Origin: Fistulifera solaris
Taxonomy: Eukaryota
Assembly: GCA_030295235.1 (NCBI GenBank)
Contig: AP026130.1
Coordinates: forward strand, 1 to 64,000
Reading direction: 5' to 3'
Length of the DNA stretch: 64,000 nucleotides
Both the position numbers and the translations under genes were made by a program. Shown here piece by piece: positions 1-11,857 of this stretch. Each line of letters opens with the position of its first letter. The stretch's first letter is position 1. The notes beneath the pieces were generated by a model. It was not told where the DNA came from and ran no database searches. It saw only the letters and a list, made by a program, of their open reading frames with translations.

Positions 1-1215
1 AAGTGGGCAAAAGCTTAAGTGAGAAAAAGCATAAGTGTGCAAAAGTGTAAGTGTGCAAAGCCCAAGTTTTTAATAGCGTAAGTGACAAAAGACACATTGA
101 ATTTGGGCTAATTAATGGCATCTTAACCACGATAATATTTGATGTGTTCCAGGGGAAATCCGGTATTGGCCACAACAGCCAACAGTTCCAAGATGTTCTT
201 CAGAAAGTGTAGTTTACAACATGGATATAGTACCTGTGTCTGATTTATTGTAATTTATGTACTCTAACGGCCCATACTGGGCCTTACAGCCATAGTGTGC
301 AAATGCGTAAGTGTGCAGTGTGCAAAAGTGTAAGTGTGCAAAAGCTTAAAGTGTGCAAAGGTGTAAGTGAGCAAAAGCATAAGTGTGCAAGAGTAAGTGG
401 GCAGTGTTCAAAAGCGTAAGTGCGCGAGTGTGCAAAAGTGTAAGTGTACAAGAGTGTAAGTGAGCAAAAGCATAAATGTGAAAAGAGCATTGGTGTGCAG
501 TGTGCAAAAGCGCAAGTGTGCAGTGTGAAAAGCGTAAGTGTGCAAAAGAGAAAGTGTGCAGTGTGCAAAAGCTTAAGTGTGCAACGTAAGGGTGGAGTGC
601 AAAGCAAAAGTGTGCAGTGTGCAAAATAGTGTGCACAAGTGTAAGTGTGCAAATGCGTTAATTTGCAAAAGCGTAAGTGTGCAAAAGTGTAAGTGTGCAG
701 TATGCAAAGCGTAAGTGTGCAAACGTGTAAGTGTGCAAAGGCGTAAGTGAGCGAAAGCATAAGTGTGCAAAAAAAATGTGAAAGAGCCGTAAGTGTGCAG
801 TGTGTTAAAGCCGTAAGTGTGCAAAAGTGTAAGTGTGCAAAAGCCGTAAGTGTGCAAAGGCATAAGTGTGCAGCACACAAAATCTCTGAGTAAGTGTGCA
901 GTGTGCAAAAGTGTGAGAGTAACAAGCATAAGCCGTCAATTGTGTAAGTGTGCAAAAGCAAAAGTGTGCAAAAGTGTAAGTGTGCAATAGTGTAAGTGTG
1001 AAATTGTGTTAATTTGTTATAGCGTAAGTGTGCAAAATTGTAAGTGTGCAAAAGCGTAAGTGAGCAAAAGCGTAAATGTGCAAAAGCGTAAGTGTGCAGT
1101 GTGGAAAAATGTAAGTGTGCAAAAGAGTAAGTGTCCAAAAGCGTAAGTGTGCACAAGTGTAATTGTGCAAAAGAGTAAGTGCAGTGTGCAAAAGCGTAAG
1201 TGTGCAAAAAGAGTA
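1..1215. repeat. Tandem satellite, ~16-bp unit (TAAGTGTGCAAAAG[C/T]G), possibly subtelomeric
   Basis: Dozens of degenerate copies of taagtgtgcaaaag(c/t)g, interrupted by a unique segment at ~85-290; at window edge. Confidence 0.9.
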
Positions 1216-1217
1216 AG

Positions 1218-1800
1218 TCACAAAATCTCTGAGTGACGACAACACCGGTTCCAGAATTTCTGGAACATTCACAGCATATCTGTGGGAGGTAAAAACACCG
1301 ATTTCAGCTTTTCTGGACGCCCGCAGAGTTGCTGTACGGCAAAGACGCCGATTCCAGATATACTGGAACTTTGACAGGATTTCTGTGTGACCGAAAACCA
1401 TCGATTCCAGAAATTCTGGAACGTGCACAAAATCGATGTGTAATGCAAAACAACAATACCAGATTATCTGAACGGCACACAGGACGCCTGATGGATGCAA
1501 AACACCGATTCATTCCAGAATTTCTAGGACATCAACACAACCTTTCTGTGGCCGAGAATAAAAATTCGAGAATTTCTGGAATGCACACAAAATCTCTGAG
1601 TGATGCACAACCCCGGTTCCAGAATTTCCGGAACATTCACAGCATATCTGTGGGAGGTAAAACACCGATATCAGCTTTTCTGGGACGCGCAGAGTTGCTG
1701 TACGGCCAAAAATACCGATTCCAGATATTCTGGAACATTGACAGGATTTCTGTGTGACCGAAAACCATCGATTCCAGAAATTCTGGAACGTGCACAAAAT
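1218..1800. repeat. ~52-bp minisatellite with palindromic core TTCCAGA(W)3TCTGGAA in a ~368-bp higher-order repeat
   Basis: Cores at ~1249,1301,1352,1405,1458,1513,1565,1617,1669,1719,1772; 1218-1437 is nearly duplicated at 1585-1800. Confidence 0.85.
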
Positions 1801-2407
1801 CTAGACCTATGTGTACCAACAAGTAAGGGCTGGTTACTTTTCAAGGGTCTCCTCGTTCAATTAGTACATGTTTCTACGTAGGTACATTATTATAATATAG
1901 TCAAATAATCTTTGGTCAAACGATTTCCGCCGCGATAAAAGCACGACGACCATGGCAAAATACCATTCATATGGCTATATCTTATGTTTTAGGTAGCTCT
2001 GCCCATTCAAAATTATACAGCACGATTACTTACATAAAGACGAACATAATATGTGGAAATGAATGGGCAGTGAGCTTCCACGGTCGAGATTTCCGCTTTC
2101 GAGTCAATTTTCTACGGTAAAAAAGCACGTGTAGTATCGAATTACGCCCTTTCGTCGCAACCCGGTCGACTCTGATAAAAAATAAAACATCAGAGCAAAC
2201 CGCATAATTAAAGTGATATGATAAGAAAAAGAAGAATGCCAATTAAGCATCATTTGATCGAATGAGACACCATCATGTTTACACTGGCCTTGTGCGGTAT
2301 TTATCATGGTGAGATTTTCATTCCGACTGCTTACTGTATCGCATAGTGTACTTTCACGGAGCTATCGCGGCAGGGCGTCCCTGCGTGTAACCAGCCCTTA
2401 AGGTACT

Positions 2408-2486
2408 GGAAACGACGTTAAATTCTGTCTCGCCGTAGGCTCCACGTAGAAACTTGTACTGAGAGGCAGAATTTTAACGTCCTTCC
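2408..2486. mobile_element. ~80-bp hairpin/MITE-like dispersed element (copy 1)
   Basis: Terminal inverted repeats GGAAACGACGTTAAATTCTG...CAGAATTTTAACGTCCTTCC; inverted copy at 27809-27899. Confidence 0.65.
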
Positions 2487-2741
2487 GTAATGCAAAAACA
2501 ACGATACCAGACTCACGACTGGATTTCTCCAAGTCGCATATCAAATATCAAACGAGACTGAAATTTACTTGGGTCGCCAGTCGCAACAGTCCTCGCGCCG
2601 TTCACTAAGTTCAAGACCTCTTGCGCCGTTCAACAAAAGCATTGAATTTAGTTAATTTCCATCGCTATGCTATAATTTATTTAATTTATTAAGGGATTGA
2701 AAAGGGAGTCGATACAATCCTGGTCTGACCCCAAATCCAAA

Positions 2742-3625
2742 ATGATCTGTTCTCTGTTGCTTTTTACTACATTATCGCTCAGTTGCGATGCTTTACTGCT
2801 ATCGAAACAATCAACAAAATGTCCGAAGAGCGCACTCGCCGCCGTAAACGATCACTCTCGGCGGAGAATGATTGCATGGTTGCCATCGGCTGCAATCATT
2901 GCGCCAAATGTCGTTTTTGCGGCAGAAGAGACCTCGCCGGTTCTCGATATGAAAGAGTTTGTTGATCCTATGGGTCTATTTTACATTCAGGTACCCAATT
3001 CCTTCTACACGTTGCGTCGATCTGCCAAGGGCGATTTACCAGACGGCAACGGACAAGGCCGTCGCGGTTCAAGTATATTCACTGCAGGTAACATGGCGAA
3101 AGCTGAAGTTATTGCTGTTGAACGGTAAGTGACTCAGGTGCACTCGTCGATCGGTTATTCATTCAAAGCAAAGCCTTACGGTTTGTTCAAAGATTTCCGA
3201 CAAAACAGCTGCTCGAGGAAAATGGTATTGAAGCGACCGGTGATTTGAGCACATTTCCTGGTCTCGGTGAATCGAGTGCTGTTGCTAGCCTCATTGTAGC
3301 TCGACGAGAAAAAGGATCTGCAACGACAAATACCCAAATTGTTCCGGATTCATTATTTTTAAGCGCCGACGGAAAGGAATTGCGTTTTCAATTGAGAACG
3401 GAAATTGAGGTTCAAAAACCGGAGCTTTTGATGGAACAGTACGGTGTTTCTGCATTGTATCGTATCACATCGGCAAAAGCGACCTTGCGCTCTAATGATG
3501 GTTATTTAGTGGCGGTCTTCGCTAGTGGCTTGGAACGAGACTACATGGGACCGGACGGAGTGGCCTTAGAACGCTCCGTGTCTAGTTTCGAAGTTGTTGA
3601 TAGAGCTGGGCTCGGGGCTATTTGA
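2742..3625 (+). CDS. PsbP-domain-like thylakoid lumen protein (intron 3125-3192)
   Basis: Signal peptide, then twin-Arg (RRR) Tat-like lumen signal ending VFA|AE; FVDPxGLFxIxVP PsbP-like start; GT..AG intron joins ORFs 2697 and 3245 in frame. Confidence 0.7.
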
Positions 3626-3729
3626 CAGCAATAAATAAAAGAATGCGTTAGCGCATGCTAAATATTAGTACTTTGATTCATTTACACAACCTAACATGAT
3701 TGATACTTCTGTCTTTTTTTGAGACGCGC

Positions 3730-4440
3730 TCACGCAAATGAGAGAACGAGAATCAACGTTAAGCAGCCAACAGTGCTCTCGAACGTTCGAAAGCACAGGG
3801 AGGCACCGGATGAACCGCCCTGAGAAGATACAGGGGCACTTCCGGGCGGGCGGTCAGCATCGGTGCAACCGAAAATCAATCCATCAACTCCTGCAGTTTG
3901 ATTATCGCATGTTAACTCTCCGCAGCCTCCACTGTAATCACATTCGCTGATAAAGACCCCGCCACAAAAGTTGTAGCAATCATGTTGCCGATTGGGGCTG
4001 ACCTTAGCCATGAGCTCCGCGCAGAATTCTTTGTTTTGAACTTCCGGACATACTTGCGGAACCGGAGCAGCGGTAGGTGTCGCAGTCGTCGGAGCCGCTG
4101 TTGTAGCCTGGGGACACGGAGTGCCGTCCGTTGCTGTACAGGTGCAGTTCGCCGTGCATGTTACCAAACAATCATCGGCGGTGCACGCTCCTAGAGACAT
4201 AGTGTCCGTCGTGACATCTAATGCCGCCCAAACGGTTCCTTCAACAGTAGATGTTGGCTGACCGCCTTCATAATCAAACGAAGCAAAGTTCTCTTCCCGG
4301 AAAAAGCACCGAGCTCCGTCGAAAATACATTCAAATGAGGCTCCATTGACGACGTCGAAATAATTGTTTCGTCCGAGAATAGTTTCGTCGGCCGTCGTCG
4401 CAGCGAACGAGAGAAAAAGCGCAAGGAAAATAGCTTTCAT
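3730..4440 (-). CDS. Secreted Cys-rich protein with Pro/Thr linker, probable GPI/membrane anchor
   Basis: 236 aa; signal peptide, two Cys-rich domains, TAAPT repeats, hydrophobic C-terminus after SSGAS. Confidence 0.75.
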   Translation of the reverse strand: MKAIFLALFLSFAATTADETILGRNNYFDVVNGASFECIFDGARCFFREENFASFDYEGGQPTSTVEGTVWAALDVTTDTMSLGACTADDCLVTCTANCTCTATDGTPCPQATTAAPTTATPTAAPVPQVCPEVQNKEFCAELMAKVSPNRQHDCYNFCGGVFISECDYSGGCGELTCDNQTAGVDGLIFGCTDADRPPGSAPVSSQGGSSGASLCFRTFESTVGCLTLILVLSFA

Positions 4441-4939
4441 TCTTAGTCAAGGTAGTGTTTAGTTGTTCAGAGTTGAAAGTAGCTTGTTGATTGCTGTTCG
4501 ATCCAAGTCATCAATCAACAATTGAACATTGATCGACGGTATCGTGCATTGTAAGTCGTCGATGCCTCATTATTTTCGCGGATAATGACCCTTTCAAAAG
4601 TCTTTCGTGGACTTCCGTCTTTCGTGTATCGTGTGTCGTGTGATGCGGGTCATTCACAATTGAACACAGACGTCTATAGTAAAAGACAACGGAGCCCACA
4701 TGAGACTTCAACGGAAAATTACATAGATATTTACAGTAAGCCTGAGAGTAGAAACACGTCGGAGCTAAGGTTAAAAGATTGAATTGAGATAATAAAACGC
4801 CATGCCTAGGTTGTTACTGCGTCAAACTAGAAAGAAAATACCAATTGTCTCCATGCAAAATTTACCGCATAACATAGTTTTCAAGGATTACATCTTCGAT
4901 ACCCTTCGCGTTACAAACACAAAAACCATGTTTTATTTA

Positions 4940-6956
4940 TTAGAGAATTAGGTCTCCATGATCCGTTCCATTTGCTGCAGGATGTCGAGCCAATCGTTCC
5001 GGTACTTTGTTCCCGGTGCTCTCCAAATATGCTTTCAAAGCAGCCATGATACCCGCGTCCTCTTCTGTTATAAGAGAAGTAGCCAAACCTTCTTTGCCAG
5101 CTCGACCTGTACGACCGATGCGATGCGTATAGTTTTCAATGCTTCGTGAGGGCAAATCGTAATTAATGACATGGGCAACATCTGGTACATCTAAACCACG
5201 TCCGGCAACGTCGGTTGCGACCATGACTACGCCTCCACGACGGAATGTCGCAAGACTCTCTTCTCGCTGCTCTTGCGTTTTGCCACCGTGAAGCACAACC
5301 ACTTGTCGTCCCGCGCGCTCAACAATTCGTCCAACATGCTCAGCGTGTTTCTTTTCGTTCACGAATACAATAACCTTTTCATACAAAAAAGCGAGGATTG
5401 CTGATTTGTTGCATCAAAGCCTTTTCTTTTAATGCAGGTGAAGCTAACCAGACTAGCTCTTGCACAATTCGAGAGTTTTTACCGGATTTTTGATCTCCTA
5501 TGCTTACCACAGCCGGATAGCGTAAGTAAGTTTGGGCAATCTTTTCAACTTCAGGTGGCATCGTAGCACTGAACATGGCTGTTATACGATAGCGAGCTAC
5601 AGCGTTCTGATTCTGCAAATCTTCTTGTTCTTGTTGATAAGCTCTTAGTTCATCATCCGCCGACTTAAGCATTCCTCCCATCGAGTCTAATATAGACTGA
5701 ACCTGAGGTAAAAATCCCATGTCTACCATTCGATCTGCTTCATCGAGCACGACATAACAGCACTGATTGAGCACCAAATACGCCATCTCGATGCAATCGT
5801 TGATTCTCCCGGGAGTTCCGACAACGATGTGCACCCCTTTGCGAACTTGCTGAGCCTGTTGTTGAATTGCTTGTCCGCCTACAATGGGACAGGTAATGAG
5901 ATTGGGCGTAAGACTCAGAAGTTTTCGAAACTCCCCATCGATTTGCAAAGCCAACTCTCGCGTCGGCGCGAGAACCAATGCCAAAGGTCCTTCCTCCGCT
6001 ACTCGCTGCAGCACAGTACATGGCAGTTGCATCAAATAGTGACAAAGTGGAACACCAAAGGCAACTGTCTTTCCACTTCCCGTCTCCGCAATACCGATCA
6101 TATCCCTTCTTTGTAATCCCACCGGAATTGCCTGTCGTTGAATCGGAGAAGGTTCTTTAAACTTCATGACGTCGTAAAGCGCCTTGATAAGAAGCGGATG
6201 GATGGAAGGGAGCCCTGGTGAAGCCTCTTCGAAAGATCGTAGTGGCGGGGGTGCTTGTCCTCCTCGTACGTGTATTTCGTAATTTTCCCGCAGAATTCTC
6301 CAATCTCGATTGGTCATTTGTGACAAGGGTTTCTGCATGGCCGATTCTCGATTTGTTACTTCTTTTCCAGTAATTTAACTTTTTGCTCTGGAATGACGGT
6401 GGCTTTACAAAGAAGGGAGTAGCGTACAGAGGATCATCGGCCTCAAAGGTGTCGTCCGTATCATCCCATTGAAATTTGAACATAGTTCTCTTTTTCGTCC
6501 CCCGCTGTTGCTTCTGTTTCGCTTCCATTTCTTGATTGACTGAAACATCCTTGACACCTAAATACGTTTCATTTATCACTGCGCGTTGTTTTTGCGTCAA
6601 ATTACTGCCGGCTGTTGTGGTTTTAGAGAGTAGGCTACTTTCCGCTGGCTCGGACTGTTTCTGTTTCTTAACGAGCTCAGAAGTTTCATCTTTGATTGCT
6701 GTCTGCTGTTTACGCTCTCGCTTCGGTACGTAAACTACTCTTCCGCTATTAATTGTATTATTCGAATGAGGTTTCTGCAATGGCTTTTCGAACTGCTGTC
6801 GTTCTAATTCTTTTGACGCAAGGCACGTTCAATAGCTCTTTGTTCGGCTCGTTCTTCTGCGCGTTTCGCCGCTTCTGCTGCTGCCAGCGCTTCCTTTCGT
6901 TCGGATTCAGATAACCCTTCTAATAAGGCAGGATCTATTAATGTTTCGGGTTGCAT
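4940..6956 (-). CDS. PRP28: DEAD-box RNA helicase PRP28/DDX23 (split by homopolymer frameshifts near 6810, 6370-6385, 5385)
   Basis: FKFQWDDTDDT, MTNRDWRILRENY, AETGSGKT, PTRELA, TPGR, DEAD, SAT, HRIGRTGRAG motifs across ORFs 6804/6157/5379/4940. Confidence 0.9.
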
Positions 6957-7568
6957 CTTGAACGTATCGCGTGTAATAAAGTCCAAAAATTCATTCATCA
7001 TCGTTGCTGCAGCAACGCCGTCGTCGCTCATAGAGAGTCGATTCATGACTGAAATACCGCAGTCGTGGTGAAAAGTCGTCTTCTCTTTGAGCCATAGTGA
7101 ATACAGAAAAACTATGCCTCCTCAACTTTTTGACATCATGAACCAGCGAGTGCCTTTCAAACGCATCGGAACGTCATTGAAATGTGAGTAGTGACAAATG
7201 TAAGATATTGTGCTGGAAAAAATAAGAAAGAGTAGTTCTCAAGGGTTAGATGCGCTCTCTGATTCTTCAATTCATGACTGAAATATGGGTCGTGGGTCGT
7301 GGGCAATCAGCGGTTTAAGTGCCGGTTTACTTAAAGAAAGGAGTACCGCACCGCCGCCATTGACACTGACGTCTTTCTGAATTTCTTGGACGAGAAAAGA
7401 GGTGATGCTTTTCTTTCGCAAACAAAAAATCTTGGTTGTCGTTCGTCGTAACATCAACTCGTTGACACTTATCACTTATCGTCTATCACTTTCAATCTTA
7501 CAGATTGACTTATTACTATCAAAGAAAATCAACCGACGAGACGTCGTTTTCACCGCAACACAGCCACG

Positions 7569-10500
7569 ATGCATTCGAAACGACGAATCAAACTTCTATC
7601 GATTCTTCTTCTTTCGATCGCTTCTGTAAGCGGTTTTACTTTGTCGAACCGACGACAATGGAGAGCTCCGCTTCTCTTCTCTGCTTCTCCAAACTATGAT
7701 AATACCGCTTCAAGCGAACGTCCTCCGCAGGTAGCTTTATTACTGCATCAAAGAGTCGACCCGATGGCGGCTCTGGGTTTGCTTTCGTCGAAAGGATATC
7801 AAGTTACTGCGTTTTATATTCAGCAAGATGCAAACATGCTGGATCAAAATGAGCTAGTTAATTTAGAACGACTTTGTGCACGCTACGGGGCTCCAATGCA
7901 AGTCATGGAGGCACCTCCGGTCGCAGGACCGCCCTCGGAATTCGTTTTGAGTGATGCGCGAGACAAAATCAAGCTTTTCCAGCAGAACGGATATGACTTT
8001 GATTTTGTAGCTACATGGTATCAAGTGTCGGTGCAACTAGGAGAAAGAGGTGATGGAATACAGTTATTGCAGCCGTCGGATGCAACTAATGGCGGCTCTT
8101 TTTTACTGTGTGTGCTAAACCGAGATCAATTGGATACCTTGGTGCCCAAGCAGAATGCCGCGTCGGTTTCAAAGCAAGAGAAGAATATATTCGGACAAAT
8201 TGTGGACTTCTTTGTACCCAAGGAAAAGAACGAATATTCAAGCTACGAGAAAACGAGCGTAGAAAATCGAGCCGCTCAGCAGCAAGCGTCAAATAGGAAT
8301 GATTACGAGGAACAAAAGGATCGTATGTCAAAAGATGCGATCACCGAGACGAATCCGATCAATACTCCTCAATCACCTGTCGGAAGGCCCTTGCAACCAT
8401 CGCCGTCTCCGCAGCAAACAGCAAATGCGGTGGCAGCTCATCGCAGACCAGCACCGCAAACTTTTTCAAAAGGTGTTTCGCCCTCTCCACGGACACAGGC
8501 TCTCGATCCCATTGTTGGAACTTCACGAGCCGACCCTAGTACCCGGTCGTCTTGGCGTGCGAGTCAAGGACCACCATCGGCGCTTGGCCCAGATTTTACG
8601 GGTTCAAACACATATCCTGGTGCAGATTCTGCAAGACGAGCACGTCCTTTAGATCCGTGGCGCACTGAACGGACGAGCAACCAGATGTTGCAAAGCGATA
8701 ACATGCAAAGCAGACCTTCGAGCAGTTGGGGAGCACGTAATGGACAATCCGCAACCGACGGGACCATTTCACTACAAAATGTTTATGGCAATAGCGGGAA
8801 TAGTGCTGTGTCTTCGTGGACGACGCGAAGTGAAGATCGCGGACAGGGTTTTTACGCGGACAAGCGTGTGGACGATGGTGGAGCTTCAATAACAGAAACG
8901 ACGAAGCCTCGCGACAATATACCACTATCCCGGCAGTACTCTACACCAAAGAAACGACCCGAACCGTTGATGCCCATTGATGCTCCACGAAGTGACGCAA
9001 TGTCAGCATGGACTGGATCAACAGTATCAAGTAGAAGCACCTCTAACTACCCAGAGCGCCCTCTGTCTGGTTCTTCGTCATGGGGCACAGATGCCAGGTC
9101 TAACAAAGACATTCGACCAGATCCTTTACAGCCCACAGATCCTCGTTCTACTGAGGCAGTATCAACGTGGACTGGGTCAACGTATTCGTCGTCAAGCAGA
9201 ATCAGCAATCAACAAAATCCTCTTCAACCGATCGATCCCCCACCAAGCGATGCAACATCTGTTTGGACTGGATCCACTCCTGGAAGGAGCAACGAAAGGA
9301 ATACAAATGACGACTTTTCAAGAATGCCAGTCAGTACAGAACTTCGAACGCGGGGAAAGTCTGACTACGTGTCCGATGTTAGTAGCCCATCCCAGAGGTC
9401 AATTAATGCCGATGTCTGACTAAACAAACAAAGGTAGAAGACTTTTACCAAGACCGTAGACCTCCCCAACCAGATAGTCGACAAGCGGAAACCTTGGAAC
9501 AAGACGATAGATGGGGACGGTCGGAATCTAATAATTTTTATGATTCTAACAATGTGGACGAACAACCCAATTGGAATGCCCCGCAACCGCAAGAAAAGCT
9601 TTACCAGGATCGCATTAACGGATCAGGACAAGATGTTACTGCTAAAAAATGGGAACCATTGGAAACCGAAGCATTATATGAGGCAGTGCAAGACGCTTTT
9701 GCGTATTTCTCTCAACTTGCACCGGAACAAGTTCGTAGCGATTTGAAACAACGGGGTGAATGGTACGAACTAGAACAGTTTCCTCCAGAAATTCTTGTTA
9801 CACCAAAGACTCCCGTAGAAGATTGTTCTTCGCGCGTTTATATTCAAACAGGGTTTTTTCAAGAGAATGGCGACTGGATTATGTACGGGTTCCAAGGCGA
9901 GACGGAATCCTTGGTCCTTCGTGGTTTGATTCAAATTCTTTCCGATATTACACAGGAAGTTTCTATTGACGCAGTGCTAGCTTTACCTCCCAACGAAATC
10001 GTAAAAGTCTTGGGTTTAGAACCAGCGTTACGGCAAAAAGAAAAGAGAGACATGATTGCAATCTGGAGCTCCCTGCAACAGCAAATTCAAGAAACACTCT
10101 TTGGATATACAAAAAATAAAAACGATTCGGAATACCAGCCGTCGATTATGAGAACCTCAATTCCGGGGGCCGAAAGCGCTAGGTCTGAAGCTCAGAAAGG
10201 ATGGGGTACAGAGTCGAGCACGAGCAATGATAAGAAGCAACAGAATACATCGGGATCATCTCCTCCTTTTGCTATCTGGGATTCGACCAGTTCAACAACT
10301 CCTTCGTCTTCGCCCTCGGATAGACTTTCCCGTCTTGACCGATTGTCGTCAACTTCCACCCCTAATTTTGCAGACGGTGCTCAAGTTGATGCTTCGGCAA
10401 ACAAAGCTCCATGGGATAACTGGACACCGCCGCCTACGCAGGACAAACAGTCAACATCACCGAATACTCCGTCTACAATGGGGACATCGATTCCAGGGGC

Positions 10501-11801
10501 AGGAAGTGGGAAGAAGGAGACCAAGAAAGGCTGGGGTCCGGGTTCCAGCACTAACAGCGATAAGAAACAATCGGATAGATCGGGCTCGACCCCGCCGTTT
10601 GCAATTTGGGATCCGACAAGTGCATCCGTTCAATCGTCTCCGTCGCCTAGTCCACCATCTTCTTCGTCCTCGGATAGACTTTCGCGTCTCGACAGATTGT
10701 CATCGCCGTCTACCCCTAAATTCGCTGACGGTGCTCAAGTTGATCCATCAGCAAACAAAGCTCCATGGGATAACTGGACACCGCCTTCTAAGCCAAATGG
10801 TCAATCGACATCGGGATCGTCCAGCTCAACAAGAAGTTCAATGTCTGGATCTAGAAATGCCGATTCCCAGATGCCGAAAAGTCAAAATGAATCGTACCGC
10901 GAGCGCAGCGCAACCTCTGACCAACAAAACGGTTGGAAAGGTCCAACCGATTTCGACCCGAATAGTCCCTCTGTGGCTACTTCAATTCCAGGAGCTGGCC
11001 AAGCAAAGCCAGAGGTAAAATCCGGTTGGAAGCCGAGTCGAGGACGATCTGAATCTGATGACAATAAAAGCGGTTCCAATAAAAGTGAGAACCAGCCTCC
11101 TTGGAACACATGGACACCGCCTGCGCAAGCGCCAGAAAAGACACAGCGTGACCAAAATCAACGAGCGCAACAGCAAAGCGGTTGGAGAGGCGACACAGAC
11201 TTCGATCCGTCGCAGCCATCTGTAGGAGCGTCAATTCCGGGAGCCGGTCAAGCGAAGCCGGAAGTAAAGTCCGGTTGGCAGCCAAGTCGCGGGAGATCTT
11301 CGTCCAGTAACAATAGCAACAATAATGACTTTGACAACAGTCAGACACAGCCTCCGTGGAATACATGGACACCACAAGCGCAAGGGCAACAAGATCCAAA
11401 AGGCGGCCAATATCGAAGAGCGCAACAGCAGAGTGATTGGACAGGCGATACCGACTTTGATCCATCACAACCATCAGTTGCTGCATCAATTCCGGGAGCC
11501 GGCCAAGCGATACCAGAGGTAAAATCCGGTTGGAAGCCGAGTCGAGGACGTTCCGAATCTGATGACAACAAAAGTGGCTCCAATAACAATGACAACCAGC
11601 CTCCCTGGAATACATGGTCTCCTCCATCAACACAGAACAGTGCGGGCGACGCTGGTACACTTGAAAACGACCCGGAAATGTACGGTATAGAGATTGATGA
11701 CTTTGACCCAACTTTGCCTTCAACTGGTAGTTCTATCCCAGGGAGCAGGAGGGAGCAAACCCACTGTGAAGAAGGGTTGGTCTCCCGGTGGACGTAAATA
11801 A
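7569..11801 (+). CDS. Large plastid-targeted protein: degenerate MnmA-like domain + SufE-like domain + Trp-motif repeat disordered regions (paralog A)
   Basis: Signal peptide ..VSG|F; MnmA-like at ~7725-8150; SufE-like (VEDCSSRV, LRGLIQIL) at ~9665-10095; ORFs 7569 and 9494 joined by a frameshift or an intron (e.g. 9330-9433); removing one G at ~11742 restores a C-terminus KKGWSPGGRK*. Confidence 0.7.
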
Positions 11802-11857
11802 GCATTTCGAACATTGCATTGCTTTGTCTTACTCTCTTGGTCTTTACAAGTAAGTTA

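Noticed and set aside
1249..1790. CRISPR-like array (palindromic repeat + spacers)
   Set aside because: Spacers resemble each other and recur with a 7-unit period; eukaryotic context with no cas genes
1249..1790. Heat-shock elements in TTCCAGAATTTCTGGAA
   Set aside because: Central GAA-TTC spacing is 1 nt rather than the 2 nt of contiguous nGAAn units, and the motif is part of a satellite
284..1881. Long His/Thr/Cys/Leu-rich ORFs
   Set aside because: Translations of satellite DNA; no coding signal
4940..6956. PRP28 as pseudogene or programmed frameshift gene
   Set aside because: All motifs intact; breaks lie in homopolymers, in both directions, like elsewhere in the window
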